NCBI RefSeq assembly: GCF_001194135.2 | Contig: NC_068998.1 | Location: forward strand, 13,655,432 to 13,714,451 | Source of the DNA: Octopus bimaculoides | Taxonomy: Eukaryota | Length of the DNA stretch: 59,020 nt | Direction: 5' to 3' | Shown here: positions 23,315-36,420 of the stretch, piece by piece | Layout of the letters: the number at the start of each line of letters is the position of its first letter | Position numbering within the stretch: position 1 is the first letter of the stretch | Notes under the pieces: model-generated | Seen by the model: only the letters and a program-made list of their open reading frames with translations | Database searches by the model: none | Told to the model about the DNA's origin: nothing | Made by a program: the position numbers and the translations under genes

Positions 23315-24791
23315 NNNNNNNNNNNNNNNNNNNNNNNNNNNNNNNNNNNNNNNNNNNNNNNNNNNNNNNNNNNNNNNNNNNNNNNNNNNNNNNNNNNNNN
23401 NNNNNNNNNNNNNNNNNNNNNNNNNNNNNNNNNNNNNNNNNNNNNNNNNNNNNNNNNNNNNNNNNNNNNNNNNNNATATATAGCAGAATGTACATCTACA
23501 CACTTGTATATTTACACACATAGAAAAATAACATACAGTTTGTCGCATTGGCAAGAGCTTTTAGAAATCACTAATGCTGTATACACTAAGCGATTAGTAA
23601 GCTGGATATTTTCCCCACTTCACATAAATCTTGTTTGACGACTTCGCCCAAATGCTTCTTATTCCTTAGGTTCCTACTACTAAATGTGCCTGCGTATATA
23701 CACCTGTGTGTGTGAATGTGTGTGTCTGTGCAGGAGTGTGTGTTTGCGTATCTACGAATGGTCTGTTTAAAGGTTTATTGATTTGGTTGGAAGAATACCT
23801 TTTGTTGTTAAACAGTGGAATGGGTATTAGTGTCTGATGGCTTTGTTATATATTCGAGAGTGTTTGGATGCGTGGGGTAAGTGGGTGGGGTGCGGGTGGC
23901 TGCATGTACGTTTTGATTATTATTGTTGAAGCAGTTGTTTATTTTATGGATGACTACCCCTGCCCTTATTATTATTTAATCAATCAGCCGTAAATTAGGT
24001 ATAGATACTGTTGGACAAACTGCAATAAGCCATGAATGGAGTTGTGTGGAGAAGTAATCTGCCATATTCAGATGCACAATTTAATGGCTATAAATACAAA
24101 TTGAACCCAAGACCCACTCAGTCTCGTGCAATATATTAAGCAACAAAACATTTTATTTTATATTTCTATAGTTTAGTCATAGGGAGAGTAAGGGCTTTGA
24201 TTCCTTCTCCTCGATAGTTTTGGGGACCTCAGCAACCAGTACAAGGAAAAAGGAAATTATCTTTTAACCAAAGACTATTTCTTTAAACACTGGTTACAGA
24301 ATGGACTCCGCTAAAAGCAGAGAAAGGTCAGAAGGTGGAATTGAATCAGATAATGGATTATAATGGATTAAGGCTACAACCACTGAGGCTTCAGCTATGA
24401 TTCTTTCTATCAATACTGAATCCATGGCTTAAAGAGATCTCAGATACACAACATGTGACACAACCTGCTTGTTTTATCTCTATTTTCGCCAGACCTCAAG
24501 ATCTCAAGCAAACCTGTAGGATATTTGAATCCAGTTACATTATCATATCTTTCAATACACAGTTAACCTGTTGGCACCAGTGTCCTCCCTAATTACAGTT
24601 GTTTCTTGACTTGTCTGTAAAACGTTTGGCCACCTTTTGATTCCCTCCTCCCACTTCTTACCCAGTAAACCAGCTGGAGAGAACCAGTTTAATTTTTAAC
24701 CATACTACAAATGTGACAGATTTCATTGGTTTATATAGAAGAACCTTCACCTGAATATACTTTATAATATAAATGTGTGTATGTGTGTGCG

Positions 24792-24884
<93 letters not shown>

Positions 24885-24924
24885 ATGTATGTATAGAGTG
24901 TTAGAAGTGGTGTACAGATATTGA

Positions 24925-25111
24925 ATATTGAGAAAAGAGGAGGTCGCCAGAATTTTGGAAAAAGAGTCTTTTTATCTAGTCATTATCATTAACGCTTGCA
25001 TTCATTTTTCAAACTTGACAAGTTCAGAAAAAAAATGAAAGTGCTAATAATAATGACTAGATAAGATAATTCTTTATCCAAAATTCTAGCAACCTCCTCT
25101 TTTCTCAATAT
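24925..25111. repeat. 187-bp palindrome with a 1-nt loop (centre 25018)
   Basis: ATATTGAGAAAAGAGGAGGTCGCCAGAATTTTGGA...AACTTG-A-CAAGTT...TCCAAAATTCTAGCAACCTCCTCTTTTCTCAATAT. Confidence 0.9.
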
Positions 25112-25501
25112 ATATATATATGTATATATAGATAAATATATAAATATTATATATATATATATAAATATATAAATATTATATATATATATATAATACAAAT
25201 AATATGTGAGTATATGCATGTACATACCTACATCTACATGTATATATACACACACACATAATGTACTGTTCCATCTGGGGAGAGATAAATATTATTTAAT
25301 AGACACAATACATGTTTTTATGAGCTACTAATAATTTCTTATGTTGAGAAATAGCTCGAACATATTCATCAGGCACAAACCACATATCATAACGAACTAA
25401 AAATGGAATGAGAGAAGAAATGCGAAAAGTTGAGAAGAAAGCATATAGAAAATGTAGAAGGTTAAAAAAAAATGGAAAACAGAAAAGTAAAAAGTAAAAA
25501 T

Positions 25502-25543
<42 letters not shown>

Positions 25544-26417
25544 CATTATCCAGCATATCCTTTCTTTTTAAGACGGTAGGATGTGATATGAGGGTGTTTA
25601 GAGCAGTTTAGAGCAGGTTAAGAGACTTTCATATAAGTGCCTTTATTGGGTTGATAGCATTGTTGCTATGGCTGCTGTTGTTTAATTGCAGGTGAACACT
25701 GATCAAGTAGATCTATCTATGGTGCATGCATGAAAAAAATAAAGAAGTTATAATCATCACTCTTATGTGTGTGGCTTGGTAATCATTTTAGGTTCCTATG
25801 TATTTGGAAGCAGACCTAGGCATACTCTTTATTCTTCCATCTTTGACCAAGCAGAACAGTGAAGATGTTACAGCTGGAGAGAGATATGGCTGTACCAGCA
25901 CTAAGCTGGTACACATTTTCAGATCTGTAGACTGGAGCGATATAAAATGCTAATCACTAGGCCACAGACCTGTGTGGCATATTGGTGGACAGCTAAATAA
26001 TGGACTAAGACTTTGATGACCTGTCTAACCTATGCCAGCATGGGGAGCGAATGTAAAAACGATGAGGAAGATGGTGCTGATGGTCATGATGGTGGTGATG
26101 ATGATGATGACGATTTTGAGATATAGAGGGGATAACCAAAGTCTTGTTAGAGAATTTCACTGCTGGAAACAGAAAAGATGGCAGCCCATCATGTATGTGT
26201 TTGTTCATTCATGGGCATGTGTATGTAAATATATGTGTGTGTGTGTGTGTGTGTACACAGCTGTTTCTGAGGGCTCAGACTTACTGCATAATGTTCATCA
26301 AAAATTTGCAGCCAGCAATGGAAGCAAGCAAGCATTGGTAAAATCCTGAGCCTGCATCATCAGGGTGGATAAATAAGAGCCTAAAGTATCAGATCATTAT
26401 GCATGGAAATTTAAAGG

Positions 26418-26462
<45 letters not shown>

Positions 26463-26759
26463 TGTATATAATTATAAACTATAATTATAAACTGCGGTTT
26501 AAACAAATTACCTGCCTCTGGACACCTAACGAAGACGGTACCCACACAAGTAATTCCCAGGAGTGCCTCCGGATTTAAATATCCCCTGGTTGCTTGGATA
26601 CTTCAGACTACCCCTTAAATATTGAAGCAATCCTATCANNNNNNNNNNNNNNNNNNNNNNNNNNNNNNNNNNNNNNNNNNNNNNNNNNNNNNNNNNNNNN
26701 NNNNNNNNNNNNNNNNNNNNNNNNNNNNNNNNNNNNNNNNNNNNNNNNNNNNNNNNNNN

Positions 26760-26805
<46 letters not shown>

Positions 26806-27769
26806 TGTCGATATGCGTGTATGTGTGTTTGAGTTTCAGTCACCTTGTCTCAATAAAACACACCAATTGCAAACAATATTTTTCCATCATTGAAGTAATG
26901 TTTTACAGTTTACAATCTGCCCTAAAAATATGTCCTGACTAAGGGAAACTATTTACCTTACCCGGAATCAAGTAAGGGTTGGTGACAGGAAAGGTATCCA
27001 ACCATAACAAAAATCTGCCTCATTGAACACCAACATGTTCATTTATTAAATGCATTATACGATCAACGTTGTTCATATTTGTTGATCACTGATTTTGTTA
27101 GTTTAGGGTCTTTTTTTTTCCCCTTTCTTACAAATGGGTTTATTTTGCAAGAGCACCATAATACATTATCAAATATAAAATTTGCAGGAATTTGATAGCA
27201 ATGATAATAGGGTATTAACTATTGAAAAAGTTTCTTCATTCAGATTATGAAAGCTCTCTAGGGATTATCTTTGCAGTAAGCAATTTCTGAAACCTATTTG
27301 TCCGGGATAAAACCTAAAATACACAAAAAAAAAAAAAAATGATAATAATTATAAGCAGTTGTTCAGTTAAAGGTAGATTTTTTTTTCATATAAAATGCAG
27401 TGTGTCCCTTAAGTTGTTCTTTTGTGTGTGAGTGTGTGTGAGAGTGTGTGTATATTTGAAGTAGTAAGAGAGAAGGGGAGAAATAGATAGTGATGTATTT
27501 AAAAAAGGACAGAGAGGTAGGAAATCTGGAAGGAAAGACAGAGTGATGTATTATGAAAGAGAAACAGAGGTGAGACTGGGATATTGAGAAACATGAAGGG
27601 AGAAAGAATGACAGATAGATTAGAGTAATGAGAAGGAAGCAGAGAAATATATATTCATGCATTGAGAAGACAAGCCAAGAGACTGAAATGTTGAGAATGA
27701 AAGAGAGAAGGAGACAGATGTGGGGGAGAAAGAGAGAGTTGCGGTGAGAAGGAGAGAGAGAGAGATTTG

Positions 27770-28246
27770 GTGAGAGAGAGAGAGAGAGATGTGATGATAG
27801 AGGGAGAGATGTGATGAGAGAGAGAGAGAGATGTGATGAGAGAGAGAGAGAGAGAGATGTGATGAGAGAGAGAGAGAGAGAGATGTGATGAGAGAGAGAG
27901 AGAGAGAGANNNNNNNNNNNNNNNNNNNNNNNNNNNNNNNNNNNNNNNNNNNNNNNNNNNNNNNNNNNNNNNNNNNNNNNNNNNNNNNNNNNNNNNNNNN
28001 NNNNNNNNNNNNNNNNNNNNNNNNNNNNNNNNNNNNNNNNNNNNNNNNNNNNNNNNNNNNNNNNNNNNNNNNNNNNNNNNNNNNATGAGAGAGAGAGAGA
28101 GAGAGAGAGAGATGTGATGAGAGAGAGAGAGAGAGATGTGATGAGAGAGAGAGAGATGTGATGAGAGAGAGAGAGAGAGAGAGAGATGTGATGAGAGAGA
28201 GAGAGAGATGTGATGAGAGAGAGAGAGATGTGATGAGAGAGAGAGA
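27770..28246. repeat. Compound tandem array of (GA)n-TGTGAT units spanning a gap
   Basis: Repeated GAGAGAGAGATGTGAT units with variable GA number on both sides of gap 27910-28084. Confidence 0.95.
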
Positions 28247-28478
28247 GGAAAGCTAGGATAGATAGACTGGTGTGTTCAGAGAGGGAGATGGGAAAGAAAA
28301 CTAGATTTATGTAGAAAGGAAGAGAGGGAGGGAAAGGTGGATGGAAAAATAAACTAATGTAGACAGAGGGAGGGAGAGAAAGAAAAAGAGAGAGAGAAAG
28401 AGAGAGTAAAGAACTTGAGGTATTGGAAAAAGAGGAGGAGATGGGAATAAAGAAGAGATTGAGAGAAGAGAAACTGAT

Positions 28479-29190
28479 GTCATCATCATTTAACATCCGC
28501 TTTCCATGCTGGCATGAATTGAACAGTTTGACTGAAAACTGGTAAGCCAATGGGCTGCACCAGGTTCCAATCTGAATTTTGCAAGGCTTCTATGGCTGGA
28601 TGCCCTTCCTAATGCCAACCCCTTTTAGAGTGTAGTGGGTGCTTTTTATGTGCCACTGGCATGGGTACCAATGACCTGACACCAGTGATGGTCATGACTA
28701 CGGTCTCACTTGGCCTGACAGGTCTACTCAAGCACAGCATATTGTCAAAGGTCTTGATCACCTGTCACTGCCTCCATCGGCCACAACTGTAATTTCCCGA
28801 GCTGGCAGAATCGTTAGCATGGCGGGCGAAATGCTTAGCGGTATTTCATCTGCTACTACATTCTGAGTTCAAATTCCGCCGAGGTCGACTTAGCCTTTCA
28901 TCCTTTCAGGTTCGATTAAATAAGTACCAGTTAGGCACTGGGGTCAATGTAATCGACTTAATCCCTTTGTCTGTCCTTCTTTTTCCCCTCTATATTTGGC
29001 CCCTTGTGGGCAATAAAGAAATAAACAACTGTAATTTCACTCGGTTCGACAGGTCTTCACAAGCACAGCATATTGCCCAACGACTGAAGGCCAGTTACAC
29101 GACACTTATCATCCACAACTACAATTTCACTTGGCTTGATGTTACTGCCTCCATGAGGCCCAACACTTGGACAGTGCTTTTTACGTGGAT
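28479..29190 (-). mobile_element. Older RTE-LINE 3'-end copy interrupted by a SINE
   Basis: Tail at 28479-28796 resumes at 29025-29190 after the nested SINE. Confidence 0.8.
28797..29024 (+). mobile_element. tRNA-derived SINE, family A, tail type a, with a 14-bp TSD
   Basis: Perfect direct repeat ACAACTGTAATTTC at 28783-28796 and 29025-29038; B box GAGTTCAAATTCC; tail ends GTGGGCAATAAAGAAATA. Confidence 0.92.
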
Positions 29191-29527
29191 ATCAGTTAAT
29201 GAACTTTACCTATGTTATTATATTTTTAAATTAAGACAAAAGGGTGTGAACTGAGAGAGAGTTTGTTAGAAATTCTCATAGGTTGATTGACAGCATGTTA
29301 GCTCTATCACTTATTCTTGTTATTCTTTAAGGCATTTGGGTTTTCCTTCTTTTTTTCATTTGTTTGTATTTGTACTGGTGTGGACATTTGTTTAAAGCTA
29401 CTGTACAGGAACAAAAGCTGATAAAATTTTGTTTGACCAAAGACTTGCTTAACAATATTCAGTTTTCTATTATGAAATAGAAAATACTGTAATATATGAG
29501 TATATTGTTGTTTCTATTTATTGGTAG

Positions 29528-29909
29528 CCCAGCAGTGTGAGGTCATCCATAGTTAGGTGTTATTATTTTTATTCATCTTGACCAGTACAGTGATGTCGTC
29601 TATTGAGAGATGTATGACAGTTGTTGTTGCAGTCCAGCACAGTGTGGTCATCTATATATAGGTGTAATGATGTTGTCACTATTGTTTAAAGCAGTGAGGT
29701 CTTCTATAAATAGATACAAGAATGTTGTTGTTGTTGTTACACAGTACAGCAATGTCGTCTATAGTTAGATGTAAAGTGGTTGTTGTTGTACACAGTATTG
29801 TGAGGTCATCTGTAAATAGATGTAAAGGATGTTGTAGTAGCAGTAGTAGTAGTAGTAGTTGTTGTTGTTGCCCAGTACTGTGAGTTCATTTATAGATGAA
29901 CTCACTGTA
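29528..29909. repeat. Degenerate tandem array: seven ~33-nt blocks with GTT-rich linkers
   Basis: Blocks start near 29528, 29581, 29633, 29686, 29740, 29791 and 29871; consensus approximately CCAGTACAGTGAGGTCATCTATA-NN-TAGATGTA. Confidence 0.85.
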
Positions 29910-30971
29910 AGAAAGGGGAGGAAAAAAAGAATGAACTAGCCTAGACAAATATTTAGATATGAAAATGATGAAAGAAAAAAACTCAAGCCAGACTAGAAAC
30001 GGAGGACTGATTGTAAAATATTCACAAAGTATCACAGACACACAAACATACAGACAAACTATACACAGAACCATGCACAGACATACAAATTCTACACAGA
30101 CACAAACCTTACATACAAGCATAGACAGACGGTCAAACTCTGTGTACAAGCACACACACTTATACACTCTGCACATAAATATACATATACAAAGTCTACA
30201 CAAAGACACTACACACAAACACAAAAATACATACATAAACAGAGAGAGAGAGAGAGAGATGTTTGTTGTCTTTTTGTTTTGTTCTGTTTTATAGATATTT
30301 TTGCATTATTAATAATGAAAATGGTGGAACCTCAACTGTTACCAAGTTCAGATAAACATAGAATTGGTTATGGTAACTATGATAAAAATAAACACATGCA
30401 GACAACAAAGAAACAAAATATAGTAAAATAAATATAAGGAAACAATAAACACAAAACAAAACAAAATAAAATTAATAATCTAAACAACAAGAATATTTAT
30501 GCCATCATCAAATATTAATACTATTGGCAGAAGGCTGCATGTTTCAAGGTTTATTGTCATTAGCACCAGTTTAGTAATTAACTGGCATTTAATTTTATCA
30601 AACCCAGAAGAATGAAAAGCAAAGCTGACTTTGACGGTATTTGAACTGGAAACATTAAAAGCCTTAATTATTTATTTCAAAGCATTTTGTGTGATGCACT
30701 AATTATTCTTCCAAGTCATTGCCATTTTTTCTTTGACAACAAATTTTATGTAATAGAAAATATAATCTACAGTAGCATCAAAATTTGAGGAAAAAGAAAA
30801 CAACATAAATTAACAGTAAAAAGAAGAATAACAATAAGTGCAAGAATGGTTGGGTGGTCAAAAAGCTTTTTTTGCAATCAAAGGGTTTTAGGTTTTGTTC
30901 CACAGTACAGCAGTTTGGGCAAGTGTCTTATAATATAGCCCAAGATGACCAATGCCTTATGAATGAATTTC

Positions 30972-31470
30972 ATCATCATCATCATCATCGTTTAATGTTC
31001 GCTTTCCATGCTAGCATGGGTTGGACGATTTGACTGAAGACTGGTGAACTGGATGGCTGCACCAGGCTCCAATCTGATCTGACAGAGTTTCTACAGCTGG
31101 ATACCCTTCCTAACGCCAACCACTCCGAGAGTGAAGTGGATGCTTTTACATGCCGCCAGCACGAGGGCCAGTCAGGCGGTACTGGCAACGGGCATGCTCA
31201 AAATGGTGTTTTTTACGTGCCACCTGCACAGGAGCCAGTCCAGTGGCACCGGCAACGACCTTGCTCAAACGTTTTTCACGTGCCACCAGCACAAGTGCCA
31301 GTAAGGTGATGCTGGTAACGATCATGCTCAAATGGTGCTATTTATGTGCCACTGGCACGGAAGCCAGACAGCTGCTCTGGCAATGATCACGTTTGGACAG
31401 TGCTCTTAGCGCTCCACTGGCACAGGTGCCAGTCATCGAATTTGGTTCAATCATGATATCGATGGAAACT
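30972..31470 (-). mobile_element. RTE-LINE 3'-end copy with ~65-nt internal tandem units
   Basis: Young tail at 30972-31140, then units starting near 31145, 31212, 31276, 31341 and 31406. Confidence 0.88.
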
Positions 31471-31768
31471 GAAATAAGCCTAGTGTGTGCGTGCGTGCGT
31501 GCGTGCGTGCGTGCGTGTCCTTTTGTTAGTCCTCCACCACTGCATAACAACTGGTGTTGTTTTCTTAATGTCTGTTTGACGTTTTGGGGGTAGCCAGAGT
31601 GAGTGCTACTCAGGGTGGCCCTTTTGTTCCCCTTCTTATATAGGCTTAATACAGCAGATACAAAAGTACAGCCTTCATAACAGCATTGCCCAGACAGACC
31701 ACTCCTTACCCATGCTACTGTACTTAGGTATGGCATTTCCTCACTTTTAGCTCACAGAGAGCGGTGGC

Positions 31769-31997
31769 TTAACCCTTTTCTTACTGTATTTATTTTGAGA
31801 TGCTCTGTGTTTCCTTCAATTAATTTTAAATATAACAGAGAATTTAGTAAAATAACTTAGTTATCATTCAGTTAGTGTTAGGAACATAAATTGTGACTAA
31901 GGTTTGGTGGAAGATTTTAATTCAAAACTTATGAAAACAAGACATTTGTATTCAGAGCCAGAGCTGGTTTCAGCCAGGTTGGTAATGAAAGGGTTAA
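31769..31997. mobile_element. Complete piggyBac-type MITE
   Basis: TTAA-CCCTTTTCTTAC ... GGTAATGAAAGGG-TTAA: a TTAA target on both sides and CCC/GGG termini typical of piggyBac. Confidence 0.85.
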
Positions 31998-33016
31998 AGT
32001 ATCTGGTCCCATCTCCCCAACATCATCTTCCTGGACAATTAGTACACCCCTAGTTCCTAATGACCATTTTCAAATTTGTCCAAATGGTTAATGCTCTGGA
32101 GAGAAAAGGTTGTGTATATATTGGTTAGTATGAGACTGAAGAGAGTAGACATAATATGAAGGCAAAATGTTTCAAATGGGACAGTGGAGTTGGCACAAAA
32201 TTGACCATATTCAAAGAGGAGAAGCCACTATAGTAGTAGTGGTGGTGGTGGTGGTGGTGGTGGCATCGCCGGTGGCGGCAGCAGCAGCAGCAGCAGTAGT
32301 AGTAGTATCAGCAGAAGGAAAAGTAAGGAGGAGACACAGCAATTCTATGGTCACAAAGGTTGGTGAATGATTCCATGCCAATCATGATACCTTCAGAATA
32401 TAGTTGCAATATAACTGCATACAACTCAGTGAGTTGGGGGCCAGATACTCCATATTTTTTGTTGTACACATTTCGTGATGTCCTGTGCCCACATATGCAT
32501 ATATACGTATAGATATAAGTATGTACATATATGTATGTATATATGCATATATATATATATTATTTGTATTATTATATGATCGAACACCACGCATCTTCTT
32601 CCAAGTAAGTTTTATCTATCTATATACATATATANNNNNNNNNNNNNNNNNNNNNNNNNNNNNNNNNNNNNNNNNNNNNNNNNNNNNNNNNNNNNNNNNN
32701 NNNNNNNNNNNNNNNNNNNNNNNNNNNNNNNNNNNNNNNNNNNNNNNNNNNNNNNNNNNNNNNNNNNNNNNNNNNNNNNNNNNNNNNNNNNNNNNNNNNN
32801 NNNNNNNATATATATATAAACAAATAGTAAATGAGTATATGCATATATACGTACAGGTATGTGCATACCAACATCCACCTGTATGTATAGGTGCATATCT
32901 GGGTACAGGACATTGCAAATAAAACGTAGACGAGAAAACACACAAGCCACATAGAGAACATTCTACTTCATCAGATACCCCCGTTTTAACACCGGCGTTT
33001 CGAAGACCTGGGCAGG

Positions 33017-33029
<13 letters not shown>

Positions 33030-33052
<23 letters not shown>

Positions 33053-33200
33053 GACTTCCACACAATTTCTCTCTACCAAATTCTCTCACAAGGCAACTAT
33101 AGCAGAAGGTACTTGCCCAAAGGGGCTGCACAGTGGGACAGAACCCAAAGTCACATGATTGCAAAGCAAGCTTTTTAACCACACACCCATACCCATACCT
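33030..33200 (-). mobile_element. Decayed SINE family B, 5' part
   Basis: GTACTTGCCCAA...CAGTGGGACAGAACCC...CTTTTTAACCACACACCC is the reverse complement of the family B head. Confidence 0.7.
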
Positions 33201-33825
33201 GCAATTACCTTATTAATGAAAATAAATGAACTGCGAAATGAACCATATAGAACAAGTACACAATGTTGAGGTTATCTGAATTTTACTAATTTTTCTAATT
33301 TTAACCTTTTCTTATTTCCATTTTCTCTCTGAAAATATGCAAATCTTAAAATACATTTAAATTGATTTTCTGTATCTTTTTCTCTGTACATCGGCAAAGT
33401 TTGGAAGAAGCTTCTAAAAATTTGGTATTATACCAAGATTCAGTTCCCCTAATTTCAAATTCAATGATCAAAGTTTTGACAAGATTTACATTCTTCAACT
33501 TTAGGATTCTTTGGGCCAATATTTCTGATTCCAATAGTCAGAAGAGGATAGAAAAATAAAAGTTTTTTGGCTAACCACCTTGTCACTCACCTCACTTGTT
33601 CTTGCAAATTTATTCATCTGGAAGAAGTTACTAAGTTCAAAATGTGTGTATGTGAATGTAAGAATCTATGTGTATCTATGACAGAATATGTGTTTTTGTG
33701 AGTGTATATGTTTGTGCGTGTGTCTGTGAGTGTGTGAATGTAAATCTGTATATATGTGTATGCATGTGAATGCCAGAACCTATGTATGTTTGTGATTGAA
33801 TGTGTATTTTTCTAAGAGTACGTTA

Positions 33826-33856
<31 letters not shown>

Positions 33857-34118
33857 CGTATGTCAGTGTGTACGTGTGTTTATTTGTAAGTCTGTGGAGT
33901 GTGTGTATATAAATGAGAGTATCTATGTGTAGGTGTGTGTTTGTGACTGAATATGTTTTTGTGAGAGTATACAAGTACGTGTGAACATGTGTTTTCTCTG
34001 TATATGTATGAATCTCATTATGAGTGTATGTATACGAATGTGAGCTTGAGGTGGTGTGAATATAAGGATGTGTATGCCTGAGTGAATGTAAACACATGTT
34101 TGCATGTGTGTGTCTGTA

Positions 34119-34777
34119 AATGTGTGAATGCGCATATGTTAAATAGTTTCTGTATATGTGTGTGAGACAGAAAGAATGTATATGTATTTGTGTGAGCGTA
34201 CACATGAGTGTGTACATGCATATGTGCGCATGCATATATATAATAAGCGTGCATATATCACATATGTATACACACGTGTCCATGTGTCTATGAGTGTATC
34301 TTAAGACAAGGTGGTATCAAAAGGTTCCCAGACTAGTTATGTTTAATAAAAAATAACTTATTTACCTAAGTTTTAACATCATCTCCTTCGAAATAGTCAC
34401 CTTGCAACCCTCACTTTAGCTGTCTGGGTCAAGAGTGAGAAACTTGAGAGAGTTGCTATGTTTACGTATAACATTATTGACACTTAAACCAATTAGAAAA
34501 AGTAAGGTACAAGTTCACAAGACAGCTGGCTGCCCTATATGTATAGGGCAGTCAGCTGTCTTGTGAACTTGTACCTTAGGTAAATAAGTTATTTTTTATT
34601 AAACATAACTAGTTTGGGAACATTTTGATACCACCTTGTCTTAAGATACACTCATAGACACATGAACACGTGTGTATACATATGTGATATATACACTCAC
34701 ACAAATACTCACATATACATTCTTTCTGTCTCACACACATATACAGAAACTATTTAACATATGCACATTCACACATT
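34119..34777. repeat. Nested inverted duplication: outer arms ~34119-34370 and 34575-34777, inner palindrome 34503-34578
   Basis: Direct comparison of arms; the right outer arm has a short deletion. The inner palindrome has a 2-nt loop (34540-34541). Confidence 0.92.
34304..34412 (+). mobile_element. Mariner-like 5' terminal fragment, partly duplicated in inverted form at 34575-34641
   Basis: CAAGGTGGTATCAAAAGGTTCCCAGACT terminus and TCATCTCCTTCGAAATAGTCACCTTG, resembling mariner 5' ends. Confidence 0.55.
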
Positions 34778-35944
34778 CACACTCAGATTTTAAACACTCC
34801 CTGTAATATGCTGGTTGGCAGCATAACATAATGAACAGATGTAATGTTCATTGATGTTCATGTATGGTTCTTAATCAGGCTCTTCCAGTGCAGAAACCTT
34901 GGTGGTTCAAACCAGAAATATATTTCTGTCTTGATATAATCACATTGAAATTTTCTTCTTTTTTCTTCCTTTTTTATTATTTTCATTAAGTGTGTGACTG
35001 TAGGCAGAATGTGACAGTAAATGAATAACACCAAAAATTAGTGTAAGGTGGTGCTCTAGCATGGTCACAGTCACATGACTGAAACAAAAGAATACAATCA
35101 CACATCCCATCAAAAGGGAACCATAAATGATATAAACATAAATGACTTGTAGTAAAACATTATTTTGTAGCTATTGAAGTATTTATTAAGAATAATTTCC
35201 AGATATTTCTGTAATAAAATGATGTAAAATAAAATAAAATATCTTCTTCATTAGCTGTTTGATAAACTTCATATGTTGCCATGGTTACAAACAACTTTTA
35301 TCATCATCATGCATTGCATAACACAGATTATTGAGATAGTACATATGAGATTATTGGCCATACACACACACACTTCCATATACATGAGAGGAAGAGAGGG
35401 GGGAGAAAGAGATGGAGGAGTGAGAAAGAAAAAAGTTGGAGAAAGAGAGTTGTTATTGACAGATTCTGCAGGTTATCAGACAATCATCAGAAGAATCTAT
35501 AGGTCGCTCATAGATTGTATCTTAACGACAACATTATGCTATATACACAAAACAGAACATTACTATTTCACTATCCTTTACACTATGTTGTCAATAACCT
35601 ACACACGGTGATATACTAAAGCAGTAATGGAAAGCCTATCGCATGCATATCAACAGTGACACATCACTAGGTTTTTTTTTACAGGTGATTTAAGATGGAA
35701 TTTTAAAAAAAGACTCTGGCAATGTCATGTTTTGAAACACATATTTATAAGTATCTATCTAAAACTAAAATGCGTGGGTATATGTGACTCTCCAATAAAG
35801 CACATGGCTTAATTATTAAAGAAATAAAATTTTCAGCACATTAGACAAAAAAAACTGCTTGATGTCACTGTATTAAGGCATAGCTATAATGGTAGGCTTA
35901 ATACTGCAGTGCCTTGTTAAATGCCACATCTTGGACCCTCAGTA

Positions 35945-36420
35945 ATCATCATCATCGTTTAACGTCCGCTTTCCATGCTAGCATGGGTTGGACGATTTGA
36001 CTGAAGACTGGTGAACCAGATGGCTACACCAGGCTCCAATCTGATTTGGTAGAGTTTCTACAGCTGGATGCCCTTCCTAACGCCAACCACTCAGAGTGTA
36101 GAGGGTGCTTTTATGTGCCACCGGCACGAAGGCCAGTCAGGCGGGTACTGACAACGGCCACGCTCAAAATGGTGTATTTTATGTACCACCCGCACAAGAG
36201 CCAGTCCAGGGGCACTGGCAACGATCTTGCTCGAAAGTCCTTAGACATGCCGCGGGCACAAGTGCCAGAAAGGCGATGCTGGGCACAGGTGCCATCACAA
36301 TTTCACTTTCGCTTGCCCCAATAAGTCTTCACAAGCTGAGTTTCGTGTCCAATGAAGGAGACGATGTTGGCATGGGTGCCAGTCGTCGAATTTAACTCGA
36401 TTTTGATTTCACTTGATGTC
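35945..36420 (-). mobile_element. RTE-LINE 3'-end copy with internal ~65-nt units
   Basis: Young tail at 35945-36100 plus GTGCCACCGGCAC...GCCAGTCAGGCGGGTACTGAC units. Confidence 0.88.

Noticed and set aside
25345-25380. Minus-strand CTGATGAATATGTTCGAGC (hammerhead-like)
   Set aside because: GAAA is absent, the stem II closing pair is missing, and no stems I or III were found.
29528-29909. CRISPR interpretation of the block-and-linker array
   Set aside because: Blocks are highly degenerate, linkers are related simple repeats rather than unique spacers, no cas genes are present, and the context is eukaryotic.
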